Positions 24,365 to 36,270 of a DNA stretch of 64,000 bases are shown here, piece by piece. The stretch lies in NCBI GenBank assembly GCA_016748015.1, contig JAAOMT010000299.1, positions 657,090 to 721,089 of the forward strand. Reading direction: 5' to 3'. This DNA comes from Geosiphon pyriformis uo1. Lineage: Eukaryota > Fungi > Glomeromycota. Each line of letters begins with the position of its first letter. Position 1 is the first letter of the stretch. A model generated the notes under the pieces. The model was given only the letters and a program-made list of their open reading frames with translations. It did no database searches and had not been told where the DNA came from. The position numbers and the translations under genes are program-made.

Positions 24365-24980
24365 TATTATAGTTGAAACCTATACTTTTTATTAATTATC
24401 ACATATATTAGCCACTTTATTTTTAGATAATAATTATTGACCTAATTAATAACTTGACCATTGACCTGATCAATGACCTGATTATTGACCTAATCATTGA
24501 TCTGATCATTGACTATTTTTGATAGCTATATAAGTAATGAATCTTTTAGCTATAGAAAAGCATGTAAGAATCAAAGAAAAAAAAGAAATAAAAATAACAA
24601 TTTTATCTCAATTCTTATCTTATCACTAATTTCCCTTTTTCTACCTTCAAGTATCTGAACATCTTGAAATAAAAAACTATTTGTTGGTTATTTCCTGAAG
24701 ATTATTGAATAAAACATTACTAAAGAGTATTTTTGATATCTGATATTGAATTCTAAGAGTGCCAACATAAGACATAGAATTATACCAGTGTGTAATCATT
24801 TGTTGACAATACAGACTATCTTTCTACTTTTAAATTCTCTGGTTATCTTTTAAAAAGTATAGTGACTGAGATATTTTATGAGACTAATCTTACATATTAA
24901 ATCCATACTTATTCAATTTGCTCACTCTACAATCCTGTTCTCTTTTGCTATTCATTAGCTTGTTACTTTAATCTGTAACA
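24365..24980 (+). repeat. 3' LTR of G1b
   Basis: Reverse-complement homolog of 8030-8717; follows a decayed PPT GAAGAAGGTAA; ends CTGTAACA. Confidence 0.92.
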
Positions 24981-25979
24981 ATATTACTACACACTTGGAA
25001 GCACCATCAACATAATATCAATAAGCACATCCACAGTAAACATGACAATACCACTAAACAGAATTCTGTTCCAGAGTAAATAGAAGAAAACAGAGTTATT
25101 AGGAACATATGACAATTATTTTGAGAGATTTAAATTGAGATTCCCAATGCTATTAAAAGTTCAATCACTATCACCACAACCAGATTTTGGAGCCACTAGT
25201 CCTTAGGAAATAACTGACTCCAAGAAAGAGAAAAACAGTAATCAGGAAATTAAAAATGAAAACCCAATCTCAAAAAACTCAGAAATACAAACCCCAATTA
25301 TTCCAACTCCAAAAAATCAGAACAATCCAAACCCCACTTTTATTGTTCTCTAAAACTTATCTTTAGTAATTGTGATAAATCCACCACCAGTTGCACTAAT
25401 TGCTAAACAACAACTACAACCACTATCTCAGCAGCAGCTTTAACAGCAACTACAACCACAACAACAATGACCATTAGCACTAATGGCATATATACCAATC
25501 ACAAAATTCGAGAAATTTACTGAGAAAGAAGACAATACACAAGTATAGTTCAATAACATAAAAAAAGCTATTGCAGCCAATAAATGGGATGACACTAAAG
25601 CATTACAAACAATCCTGTATTTTCTTTAGAATACTGCCAATTCATAGTATTAAAGCCTGATCCAGAAATCCCAAGATTTCAATACATTCAAAGTTAAATT
25701 TTTGAGATATTTTAGTAATAATAATAGCATTAATTGTCTAGCCAATACTTTTACAACCATTAAACAAAAAGAAATTGAAACAGTCACAATTTATTTAAGA
25801 CACTTCCATAAAAACCTATGCCAAATACAAGCAATTAACACAAACTACTTTACTGTGCCACAAATCTTGAATCAATTTATTCATGGCCTGCACAGTAGTT
25901 TTTTACAATGTGTATATCCAATGTACTCACAAACACTTCAGGATGTCATCACTCATGCCAGAGATTTTGAATTCACTGA

Positions 25980-26948
25980 TGTTACCAGTAGAATTTTAGC
26001 TATTAATTAGCATAAAATTACCCTTATAATTCCTATAATTAATTAGTATATTAATATTATTTCAAATTATTATTTATTATTTAATCAATTATCACATATT
26101 ACAATTCAATTAAAATAATCTAATTAGTATAACAGAAAGTAGGATGATCAAATTACACAATACCCTGAACTTTGTAACATTCAAAAATTTGCTGAAATTT
26201 ACAGAAATTCGCCGAAATTATGAATAGTTCACCCAAATTAATCAATAGTTCAGCAAAATAACTTGTAGTTCATCAAAATGTATCTTTAGTTCACCAAAAT
26301 TTGAGCAAAAAGAAAAAGTGCAAGTTTATAGACTAGTACTACAACAAGTTGTATAAAAAAAGAGCTTTTTTCTTCTGGAAAATGTATCTTACTTTAGATT
26401 TATTACTTAGAACCATTCCTATACACACAAAAAGAAATAAATATCAAATAATTTGAAAACCAAATTCTTTAATTATTGCACTTGGAAAATCCCCAAAACC
26501 CAACTAACGTTTGAAATTGATTAGCTACCAATTTCAGTAAACTGTTAGTGACTTCAGGCCTGGATAGAAAACGTTTTCCTTGACAGAATTCTATTTCTTT
26601 TACATTTTTTTTATTTTTTTTTTATTTTCTTATTACAATCATTAGGGTAGCCTACAGATGAAATTTTTGTAGAAGAGTTGACTTTCACAGCAAAGTAACT
26701 ACACATTTTTAGTGAGCTTCCAGACAAGCAATTCCTGGGAAAGAGTTGATGTTTACTACAACATAACTACATAAAGTAACTGGCAAGAAATTGACCATTC
26801 CACTTATAAGCCCAGCAGTTCAAATTATAGGAGATAATTTGAAGATAAATTCAGTTATTAGAGGTTCAACTACTTCCTGAAAACGTGAACTCACAGCAAA
26901 TCAACATTACCAACATTTAAGAAAAGAGACCAAAAATCTCCAGTAACA
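25980..26948. repeat. Solo LTR, family S1 copy 1
   Basis: TGTTACCAG...CCAGTAACA, TSD CTGA/CCGA, interrupts G2a gag; homologous to 39535-40491. Confidence 0.9.
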
Positions 26949-29294
26949 CCGAACTTGAAGCCAACCACACTCAAGCCATTAATCTAATAATAAACAGATT
27001 ATTTGAATTAAACTCTAATTTGAAACAATTCAGTAATTTTATTAATCAAAAATTAGAGGAATACTTAGCTAACAATCAAATCATCTATTAATCTCTACAA
27101 TAACACAATAATCAAGAAAACTTAAATTAGTTCCAAAATCAATCACATCCCTTATCATCAACCAATCAACCATAGCAGCCAGAAATGTGTATCTGCCATA
27201 ATTGTGGTAAACAAAATCACATCAGAATTGACTGCTGTTATAATAATAACCTACAATCAAGAAATCAATATCAAAACTCCAATTGCCAGTTTCAAATCCT
27301 GAATTATTCACCAAATCAAGATTATTATCAACTTAATTACTCACTCATGATGCAGCAAATATATTTATTCCAGTATATTAAACTTCAATATCTGTAATAT
27401 ATCAGTTATAGTCACAAATAATCTATTAATTCTAACCAATTTAAACACTGCCACCAAATTCAGCCCAAATATCCTCTGGAAATCAAAGGCCAAGAATCAC
27501 ACACACTCAACAAAACTGAAAATTGGCAATATTAATGCACCAATCAGTCCCCAGCTCATCAAGTTAACTATTTGGATTTTGTCAGCAAAGTTCAGAAATT
27601 GGGTATTACCAAAACCCAAATTTCTAGAATTATTTAAGTCTTCTGATTACTTCAGAAGACACCAAACCCAGTAACCAAGGACCCAATTAGATACAACTAC
27701 TTACCAACAATATATCTTCAGCAATTATCACTAAAAACAAATCATTTACTGCCATTTTTTCTTTTAAACTAGAGGAACCAATCAAAATACTGCTATTCAG
27801 TAGAGCCATACTTAAATTAAAACCTATTACTGTAATATATACAGATGCCAAAGTTAATGGTCAGTTCATCAAACTAATTCTAGACAGTGGATCAGCCAGC
27901 AGCATCATTACATGACAACTTATGAACCAATTAAGTCACCAAGTTGATCACACTGTCAGTGCCAGAATTATTATCATAGATGGAACAACCAAAACTTCTA
28001 TTAGTGAGATTAATGACTTCCCTTTTAAAGTCAATGGTATTATTACATTCATTAAAGTATTAGTAATGAAAGCCACTCAGTATTAAGCATTAGTTAGTAA
28101 TAACTGGCTATCCAAAACCAATACAGTACTCAATTGGACCATGCAGAAGCTCCAACTCAGTCAGAACAATCAGCATACACAAGTACCAGCAACCTGCAAA
28201 CACTTCAAACCCAACACACCAACACTACTGATAAAATTAGAAGAAGAAGAAAAAAAACCTACCTGGAAAGCCTACCAAGTCTTGTAGGCTAACACCAATT
28301 ACAACAATCTACCACCAGTACCTACCTGAAAAGAAAAAAAAAAGAAAAAGAAAGAGAAAAAGAAAAACTTTAAGCAACCATCTCTACTTATACACTTTAT
28401 ACTATTACCACTTAACACCAATCAAACTATTATTGACCCAAGTTAATTTGCATCAATTGTGGCAAGAAATTATCAACAATGGATGCATGCTGTGATGGCA
28501 ATAAGGAATGGCCCACAACAACAAAATACTACTGTCATTCATGCATTCTTGAATGCTTTGGATGACCAAAAAGACAAGGAAAATGAGACAACAAACCATA
28601 TCTTGCCTGTAGAGAAACTTTTCTAGATAAAAGAATATGGAACAACATTCCTAGTTATAGAGAAATGTGTAACAAATTATGTTAATACATGATTCTAATC
28701 AGTAATTGGATAAGAAAATGAATGCCCATAGATGCTGTCTGAATGGTTGTCTACACAATAATAATAAAATATAGAGAATGGCAATTGCCAAAATTAAAGA
28801 TGTGATCCAAAAAAAAATTAAAACTATTAAAAACAACTCACCAGAACTGGAAGAGATTATTTGAATCCCAAACCCTAATATTATACTTAATGTGATAGAT
28901 TCAGAGCAATTTCATAAACACTACTAAGAATTAGCATCTACCAGAGAAGAGCAAGAGCAATGTTTAGAATAGTTAAACACAAAGCTGTATAGATATTGTC
29001 TAATTCCTAGTAACTTTAAATATTGTAATTATTGTGATCTTATCTACAATCTATCATCCTGAATGATCTATTCAATTCCCAAAAAAGAAGAACCAATTAG
29101 TGAATGCACAGCAAAATCAGAATCAAAATTCAATTCTGATTCAAACTCTAATAATAACAATAATAATAGTTCTAGCTCTGTTCAATATGACAATAACAAC
29201 AGCAAAAATTTTAACTTCAAAACAATATATTGCACTCTCTGACCTTTTAAAGAAGCAAAAACTCAAATAGTTCAGCAATAATAATGAAGATATT

Positions 29295-29690
29295 ATGCCA
29301 GAATACACACATAATACCAATACTGGATTCGACCTAAGATATCCAAGAAAAAATGCCATAAAATTGGAACCACATTCCTGTACTTGCATTGATCTGAAAA
29401 TAGCACTAGAAATTCTAGCAACAACAATGATTCAACTAGCATCTAGAAATAATTTAGTAAAAAAAGAAATTAATATAAGAAGAGGAATAATTGATGCAGG
29501 ATATGTAAGAAATATTATTGCAATATTACAAAATAATTCAAAAAAACCATATATTATTGAACCAAATGAAAAAATAGCACAAACAATATTTCTACCTTTA
29601 GTTAAAATTGCTTAGCTAGTATTAGTGAGAAATAGAGAAGAATTAAAAATGACAGCAAGAAAAATAAATGAATTTGGATCCATAAGTAGA
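29295..29690 (+). pseudogene. dUTPase domain within G2a pol
   Basis: Trimeric dUTPase motifs, decayed: TGFDL, LASRNNL, GIIDAGYVRNI, EKIAQTIFLP, C-terminal R..NEFGS. Confidence 0.88.
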
Positions 29691-32501
29691 ATAAACATAC
29701 CAGTTAATATAACAGAGGAAAAAGTTATTGACAAAGGAAAAATTATCTCCACCCATTAATTAATTTTTATTTCACTATATGACTAGTATTTAGTAGTTAT
29801 AGAAAGGAAAATAAGAAATTAGCCCCAGATTTTTGAAGCAGAAGCTACTATTTGTGAATTAAGAGGAATTATTATCACCAATCTCTACATACCAGCTAAA
29901 AATAACAAAAACATCAAGATTCCAATCCACAATACAACTGAAAACCCCATTGAAATACCAAAAAGAACTATCATTGGATACTTAAACACTGAAGTTAAAG
30001 ATCAACTACCAAGCACTATTCCAGATTTTTTACAACTTTGCAGATATGTGGATATTACATCACAAACAATATATGAATGAAAGGAATGTTATTTGCTCCA
30101 ACCAGAATAATTAGAACAAATAAACATAAGAAACTTAGACCCACTCCAACAAATGCAGCTCAAGATGCTATTTAACAATTTCACTGATATCATTGTCAGT
30201 AAAAATAAATTTGGCAGAATTGATATCATTTAACATCAGATCAAAACTGGAAATATAATGTTAATAAAACAACAAGCATACTAAGTACTACTAGCAAACT
30301 ATAAAATTATCCAACAGAAAATCAACCAGATGTTAGACAATGGGTTAATTCAACTATCAATGAGTCTATAGTTATTACCAGTAGTATTAGTCTATAAAAA
30401 GAATAAAAAAATCCACTTTTGTGTGGATTATAGAAAACTCAATGGTGTAACTTGTGGAGACAACTATTTCACTCCACGAATCTAAAAATTATTTAATACA
30501 TTTAAAAGAAAGAAATGATTCTCTATATTAAACTTAGATAGTGGTTACTGACAAGTAGCCATAAAACTGAAAGACAAAGAGAAAACCACATTCATTACAA
30601 AAGAAAAAAATTTTGAATTTGAAGTAATACTATTTGGTTTAACCAATACACCAGCCATGTTTTAATAGCTGATGGAAATTGTTTATATCAGACTGCTATA
30701 AAAATCAATAGTGGTCTACTTAGATAACACCAATGTATTCTCAAAAACATTTGATGACTATCATTATTATTTACAGCAAATGTTTAAGAAACTTAGAAGA
30801 GCCAGATTGAAACTAAATACAACCAAATACTTCTTTGGTAAAACAAAACTAAAATTCTTGGGACATGTTGTAAGCAAAAATGGAATCAAAACAAATTCAA
30901 ACAAGATTGAAATCATCAAAAACTTTTCAATATCAACAAATCTTACCAAATTAAGAGCATTTTTAAAATTTGCTGAATATTATTGCCACTTTATCCAGAA
31001 TTTTTTCAAACTAGCTCAACCACTTTACCAGCTTTAAGCCAAGAATGTGAAATACAAATGAAATAAAGCACAGCAAAAAGCTTTCAACACTTTAAGAAAA
31101 AAGCTCATCTAAGCCCCAGTATTAATCTATTCAGATTACAACAAACCATTTATTATTACTACCAATGCATCTGGTCAAGCATTGGGAGCTGTAGTATCTC
31201 AAAGAAAACCAGATGGACAAAAGCATCCAGTTACATATGCCAGTTAAAGTTTGAGTCCAGCCAAAAAGAACTATAAAACACCAGCACTAGAACACTTAGC
31301 TATCTATTAGACAGTCATAAAATAAAAAAATACTTAAGTCAGAAATTCGACATATACACTAATCACAAAGGATTAATATTAATCTAGAAACAGAAATTTT
31401 GAAATAATGGCCATACCAGATAGAAAATAGAACTTTCATCATTCAAATATACAGTACATTATAAAAAGAGAAAAAAAAATGGAAACACTAATGATTTGTT
31501 ACAAATAAGACAAATTTAAGAACATTTTAACCCAAAAATATAACAAAAGATGAATACACAAAAATATTAATAACTCTAACACTATATTAATACCCAGCAG
31601 TTTAAGGAGAAATTATCTTAAAAAGAATGAAACAACATAAAACAACAATCAAAATATTTTATTACTCACCAAAATATATTATATCAGAAAAACAGAAAAA
31701 ATTCAGATCAGCCACTCAAAATAATCACAGAATTAGAAAAAAAAACAATACTATACAACATGTACTCAAATTCGACAGCAGAACATTTTTATAAAGAAGC
31801 AATCATAGAAAAAACAAAAAAAAGATATTATTGGCCATTAATATATTCAGACATTATCCAATATATTCAAAATTGTAATACTTACCAAAGAAAAAAAGGA
31901 ACAAGACCAAGTGAACCACTAAGACCAATTAAAGTGGAACAATCATTTGATAAAATTGGAATTGACTTAATTAAACTATTAACAATAACCAACAGAGGCA
32001 ATTATTATATAGCAGTAACCATAGACTATCTTACAAAATAGCCAAAGATGAAGGCAATACAAAGAGTAGATGCAAAATTTATAGCCAAATTTATCTACCA
32101 ATATCTGATTTGTTGACATAAATGTCCAAAAAAATTATTATCAGATCAAAGAACTCACTTTGTAAATGGAACATTAACAGAATTAAGCCAAAGATTTAAA
32201 ATCAAAAGACTATTATCATCACTATATTATTCATAAACAAATGGTTTAGTGAAAAGATTCAATAGAACATTGTGTAAAACAATAGCCAAAATCAGTTAAA
32301 AAAACCAAAACAAATGGAATTTGGTTATACCATTAGTATTATTTGCTTATCAAACAATAAAGCAAGATACCACACAAGCAACATCATTTGAATTTGTTTA
32401 TAATAGAACAGCAACATTACCAGTTAAGATAGACATTAATACATATCCAACAGAATCAATAACAGAAGCCAATTTTCAAAAAACATTGCTAAGAAGAATA
32501 T

Positions 32502-33341
32502 TGTTACAAATAATTATTTGGGGTTTTAAATCAAATAACAAATCTGTAATTTAGTGTTAATTTACTTGATGACATTGGTAATATTTGTAGGTTGTTTGTA
32601 TCTGAAAGTTTTGGTTGAGTCTTTTGTATAATGGACAGAAATTTAATAGTTGTTTTTAGTAGCCTTCTGGAATTACAATTCTGTTGAATTTTTTTTTCAG
32701 TGTAGTGGCTGGTAATCCTTCTGATAAGTTATCCTCAAATTTATAAGTTTTCTATCTTTGTTTTATGGGTTTTTTACCAGTCTCTATAATGTTTGTAACT
32801 CAATAGTTTTAATTCTTAATCAATTAGTAAAACAACAATAAAAGAGAAAAATAAAAAAAAATAAAAGAAATAAAGACAATAAAGCAAAATAAGCCAAAAA
32901 AATCAAAGTTAGTATTCTGTTAATAGTCGTGATTAAGAGCTATTGTTCTAGCATGGTTAAGTATTTAATACTATTAACATGAAGTGTTGATAATGGAGAG
33001 TAGATTAAAATAGCAAATAATTATTTATTATTATTTGTGAATTAAAAAGTTGCTTAGATTAAATCTAAACTTAGAGGTCTGTCTTTTCTACTTTTAATGC
33101 TACCACTATATATACATAATTGAGATTTCTCAATTTCTCAATTTTTTACACCAGGAATCCTGCAATTTCTTTGAGAAGAATTCTGGAATTCTGAAATCCT
33201 GTAATTCCTCATATGAGAATTTTAAAATTTCTGGAATTCTGCAATTTCTCTGAAAGAAATTCTGGAATTCCACATTTACTATATTTTCTTCTGATTGGCT
33301 AATTTATATACTAATATACTTTCTATATTTTATAAGTAACA
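32502..33341 (-). repeat. 3' LTR of G2b
   Basis: TGTTACA...AGTAACA, direct repeat of 47012-47829; GGAATTC-type short repeats and an ATTGG (CCAAT) box in the presumed U3. Confidence 0.92.
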
Positions 33342-34659
33342 TTATTCTTTTTTTTTAATATTAAGCTTCATCAAGATCTCTTAATTTTAACTCTCCCTTT
33401 TTGAGTATTTCTTGAACTTTTTTTTCAAGAATTACTTGTGTTATCTTGTTCTGTAATTTTTTGAATTGGGCATTGGTTATTTTTTCCATTTGGTTAATGG
33501 TAATGGTGTTCATTATTAGATTAAGTAAAATTTCTGGTCAGTCTTGAAATTCAATTTGTAATTGATAGATGGTATTACAGATAATTATTTGAGGTCTCAA
33601 AGCAAATAACAAACTCATAACTTGGTATTCAATTGATTTAAAAGTGTTGGTAATATCTGAAAATTTCTATGATCTGAAAGTTTTGGTGGAGTTTTTTGTA
33701 TAATAAACAGAGATTTAATAGTGTTTTAATAGCCTCTCGGAATTGCAATTCCATCAAATTTTTTTCTCAGTATGGTGACCAGTAATTTAACAGAGATGCC
33801 TTTCTGATAAGCTATCTTTAATTTATTAAACTTTATACTCTTTCTTTGGGGTCTTTTACCAGGCTATTCTTGATGTCAATTACTTAGTGCTTAATCTCTT
33901 TGATCAGTAGTAAATCAACAAACAAAAAAAATAAAATAAAATAAAATAAAAGAAAATAAAAGAAAATAAAAAGAAAATAAAAAATTAGTATCTCATTAAT
34001 AGCCATAATTAAGAGCTATTGTTCCAGTGTAATTAAGTATTGAATTTTATCAACACTTCATGTTGATAAATGGAAGAGTGATTAGATTCTCAAACAAATG
34101 ACAATAACATAGATTTGAAGAATTGAAGAGATATTTTATTTATATAATTTCATTTCAGTTGATAGCAACTATCCTTGAAATGAGAATTAATAAATAAAGA
34201 AAAAAGAAAATTGTTCTAAATTAATAAAACTTTATTGAATTCTCCAGGAATTGCTTTTTCTTCTTTTAATACTCTCACTATATATATATAATTTATGTTA
34301 TATAAAATTTCTTGAATTTCTCAATTTTCTAGCCAGAAATTCTGGAATTCCACTTTTACTATGTCTATTCTGATTGGCTAATTTATGTACTAATATTTAA
34401 TTCCTATATTCTATAAGTAATATTATTCCCTTTTTTAATATTGAGCTTCTGCAAAATTTTTTAAACCTCTCTTTTGTATCAATGTTGTTGCTGTAATTTT
34501 TATTGCTATTTTTTTCTAATTTTATATGTAACTGGAGTTTTTAACTATAATGGTTTGTTCAGAATATCCAATTTCAAATCTTGTATCTGTATTGTGTGTA
34601 TGTTCAGACATAATGCCCTCATTATTATTATTAAATTTAGTTAATTTCTGTTCTATTGA

Positions 34660-34860
34660 AGCAGAGTTTGAATTGTTGTTGGCAGAGTTTGAATTATCAT
34701 TATTATTAGTGGAGTTTAAATTATTGTTGTTATTAGTGGAGTTTGAATTGCTGCTGTCATTAGTGGAGTTTGAATTGTTGTTGTCATTAACAGAATTTGA
34801 ATCATTGCTGTTATTAGTGGAGCTTGAATCATTATTGTTATTAGTGGAGTTTAAATTGGG
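34660..34860. repeat. 21-27-bp minisatellite encoding (NSNSTNNND)n on the minus strand
   Basis: About 8 GAGTTTGAATTGTTG..TTAGTG units; an expansion of the Asn/Ser linker that precedes dUTPase in G2. Confidence 0.85.
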
Positions 34861-35249
34861 ATTAAGTTCCAATTCCAATTCTTATTTGTTCTTACTAATT
34901 GGCTCTTCTTTGAATATATAACACATGAGAATAGATTGTGACTATGTCCTAATATTCTGACTCAGAGCTATTAGGTGAGTTTTTTTGATTTATTGGTACT
35001 ATGGGAATTAGGTTTTATTGGGCTATTAGAGATAGGTTTCTTTGTATGATAGTGGAGTTTGGAATTTATTGGACTTCAAATGTTTGGGTTTTTGAATAAT
35101 TCCCAAAGTTTAAATTGCTAGAAATTTAATGAGTTTTATTAATGGTAAGTTTCTTTGTATAATAGTGGAGTTAGAATTATTGGATTTTGAATGTTTGGGT
35201 TTTTAAATAATTGAAGTTTTAACAAGTTTTAATGAGTTTATTAAAGGTA

Positions 35250-36270
35250 AGTTTTGAATGTTCGGAGTTTTAATGATTGGGTTTTGAATAAATGGAGTTT
35301 TAATTTAATGAATTTTAATGAATTTATCAATGGTAATTTTCAAATGTTCAGGGTTTTAATAATCAAGTCTTGAATAATCGGAGTTTTAATTTAATGAGTT
35401 TTTAACAAATTTATCAACAGTAATTTTCAAATGTTTGGGGTTTTAATAATTGGGTCTTGAATAATTGGAGTTTTTAATTTAACAAGTTTTTAACAAATTT
35501 ATCAATGGTAATTTTCAAATGTTTAGGGTTTTAATAATTGGGTCTTGAATAATCAGAGTTTTTAATTTAATAAGTTTTTAACAAATTGATCAATGGTAAT
35601 TTTCGAATGTTTGGGGTTTTAATGATTAGGTCTTGAATAATCAGAGTTTTAATTTAATGAATTTTTAACAAATTTATCAACAGTAATTTTTGAATGTTTA
35701 GGATTTTAACATTTGAGTTTTGAATAAACAGAGTTTTAATTTAACAAGTTTTTAATGAATTTATCAATAGTAAGTTTTGAATGTTTGGAGTTTTAATGAT
35801 TGGGTTTTGAATAATCAGAGTTTTTAATTTAACAAGGTTTAACAAATTTATTAACAGTAATTTTTGAATGTTCGGGTTTTTAACACTTGAGTTTTGAATA
35901 AATGGAGTTTTAATTTAACAAGTTTTTAACAAATTTATCAATAGTAAGTTTCGAATGTTTGAGATTTTAATAATTGGGTTTTGAATAATCAGAGTTTTTA
36001 ATTTAACAAAATTTAATGAATTTATCAATGGTAATTTTTGAATGTTTAGGGTTTTAATGCTTGGGTTTTGAATAAACAGAGTTTTAATTTAATGAGTTTT
36101 TAATGAGTTTATCAATAGTAATTTTCAAATGTTTGGGGTTTTAATAATTGAGTTTTGAATAATCAGAGTTTTAATTTAGCGAGTTTATCAAAGATAAGTT
36201 TTGAATGTTCAGGGTTTTAATAATCAGATTTTGGATAATTGGAGTTTCAATTTAACAAGTTTTTCAAAGG
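35250..36270. repeat. 87-bp tandem array (~12 units, with two degenerate units extending to ~35040)
   Basis: The (C/T)(A/G)AATGTT anchor recurs at 35255, 35341, 35428, 35516, 35604, 35691, 35778, 35865, 35952, 36039, 36126, 36202. Confidence 0.92.

Larger units (their letters stand above)
14681..24980 (+). mobile_element. Ty3/Gypsy family G1 copy b (5' part outside window), carrying three retroposon insertions
   Basis: PR (LILDSGSS), RT, RH, IN and ORF3 homologous to G1a; 3' LTR at 24365-24980. Confidence 0.93.

Noticed and set aside
29295-29615. Stand-alone host or bacterial dut gene
   Set aside because: In frame within Gypsy pol in two copies and decayed with the element
35040-36270. CRISPR-like array
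   Set aside because: Whole units repeat with no unique spacers, there are no cas genes, and the context is a eukaryotic LTR element
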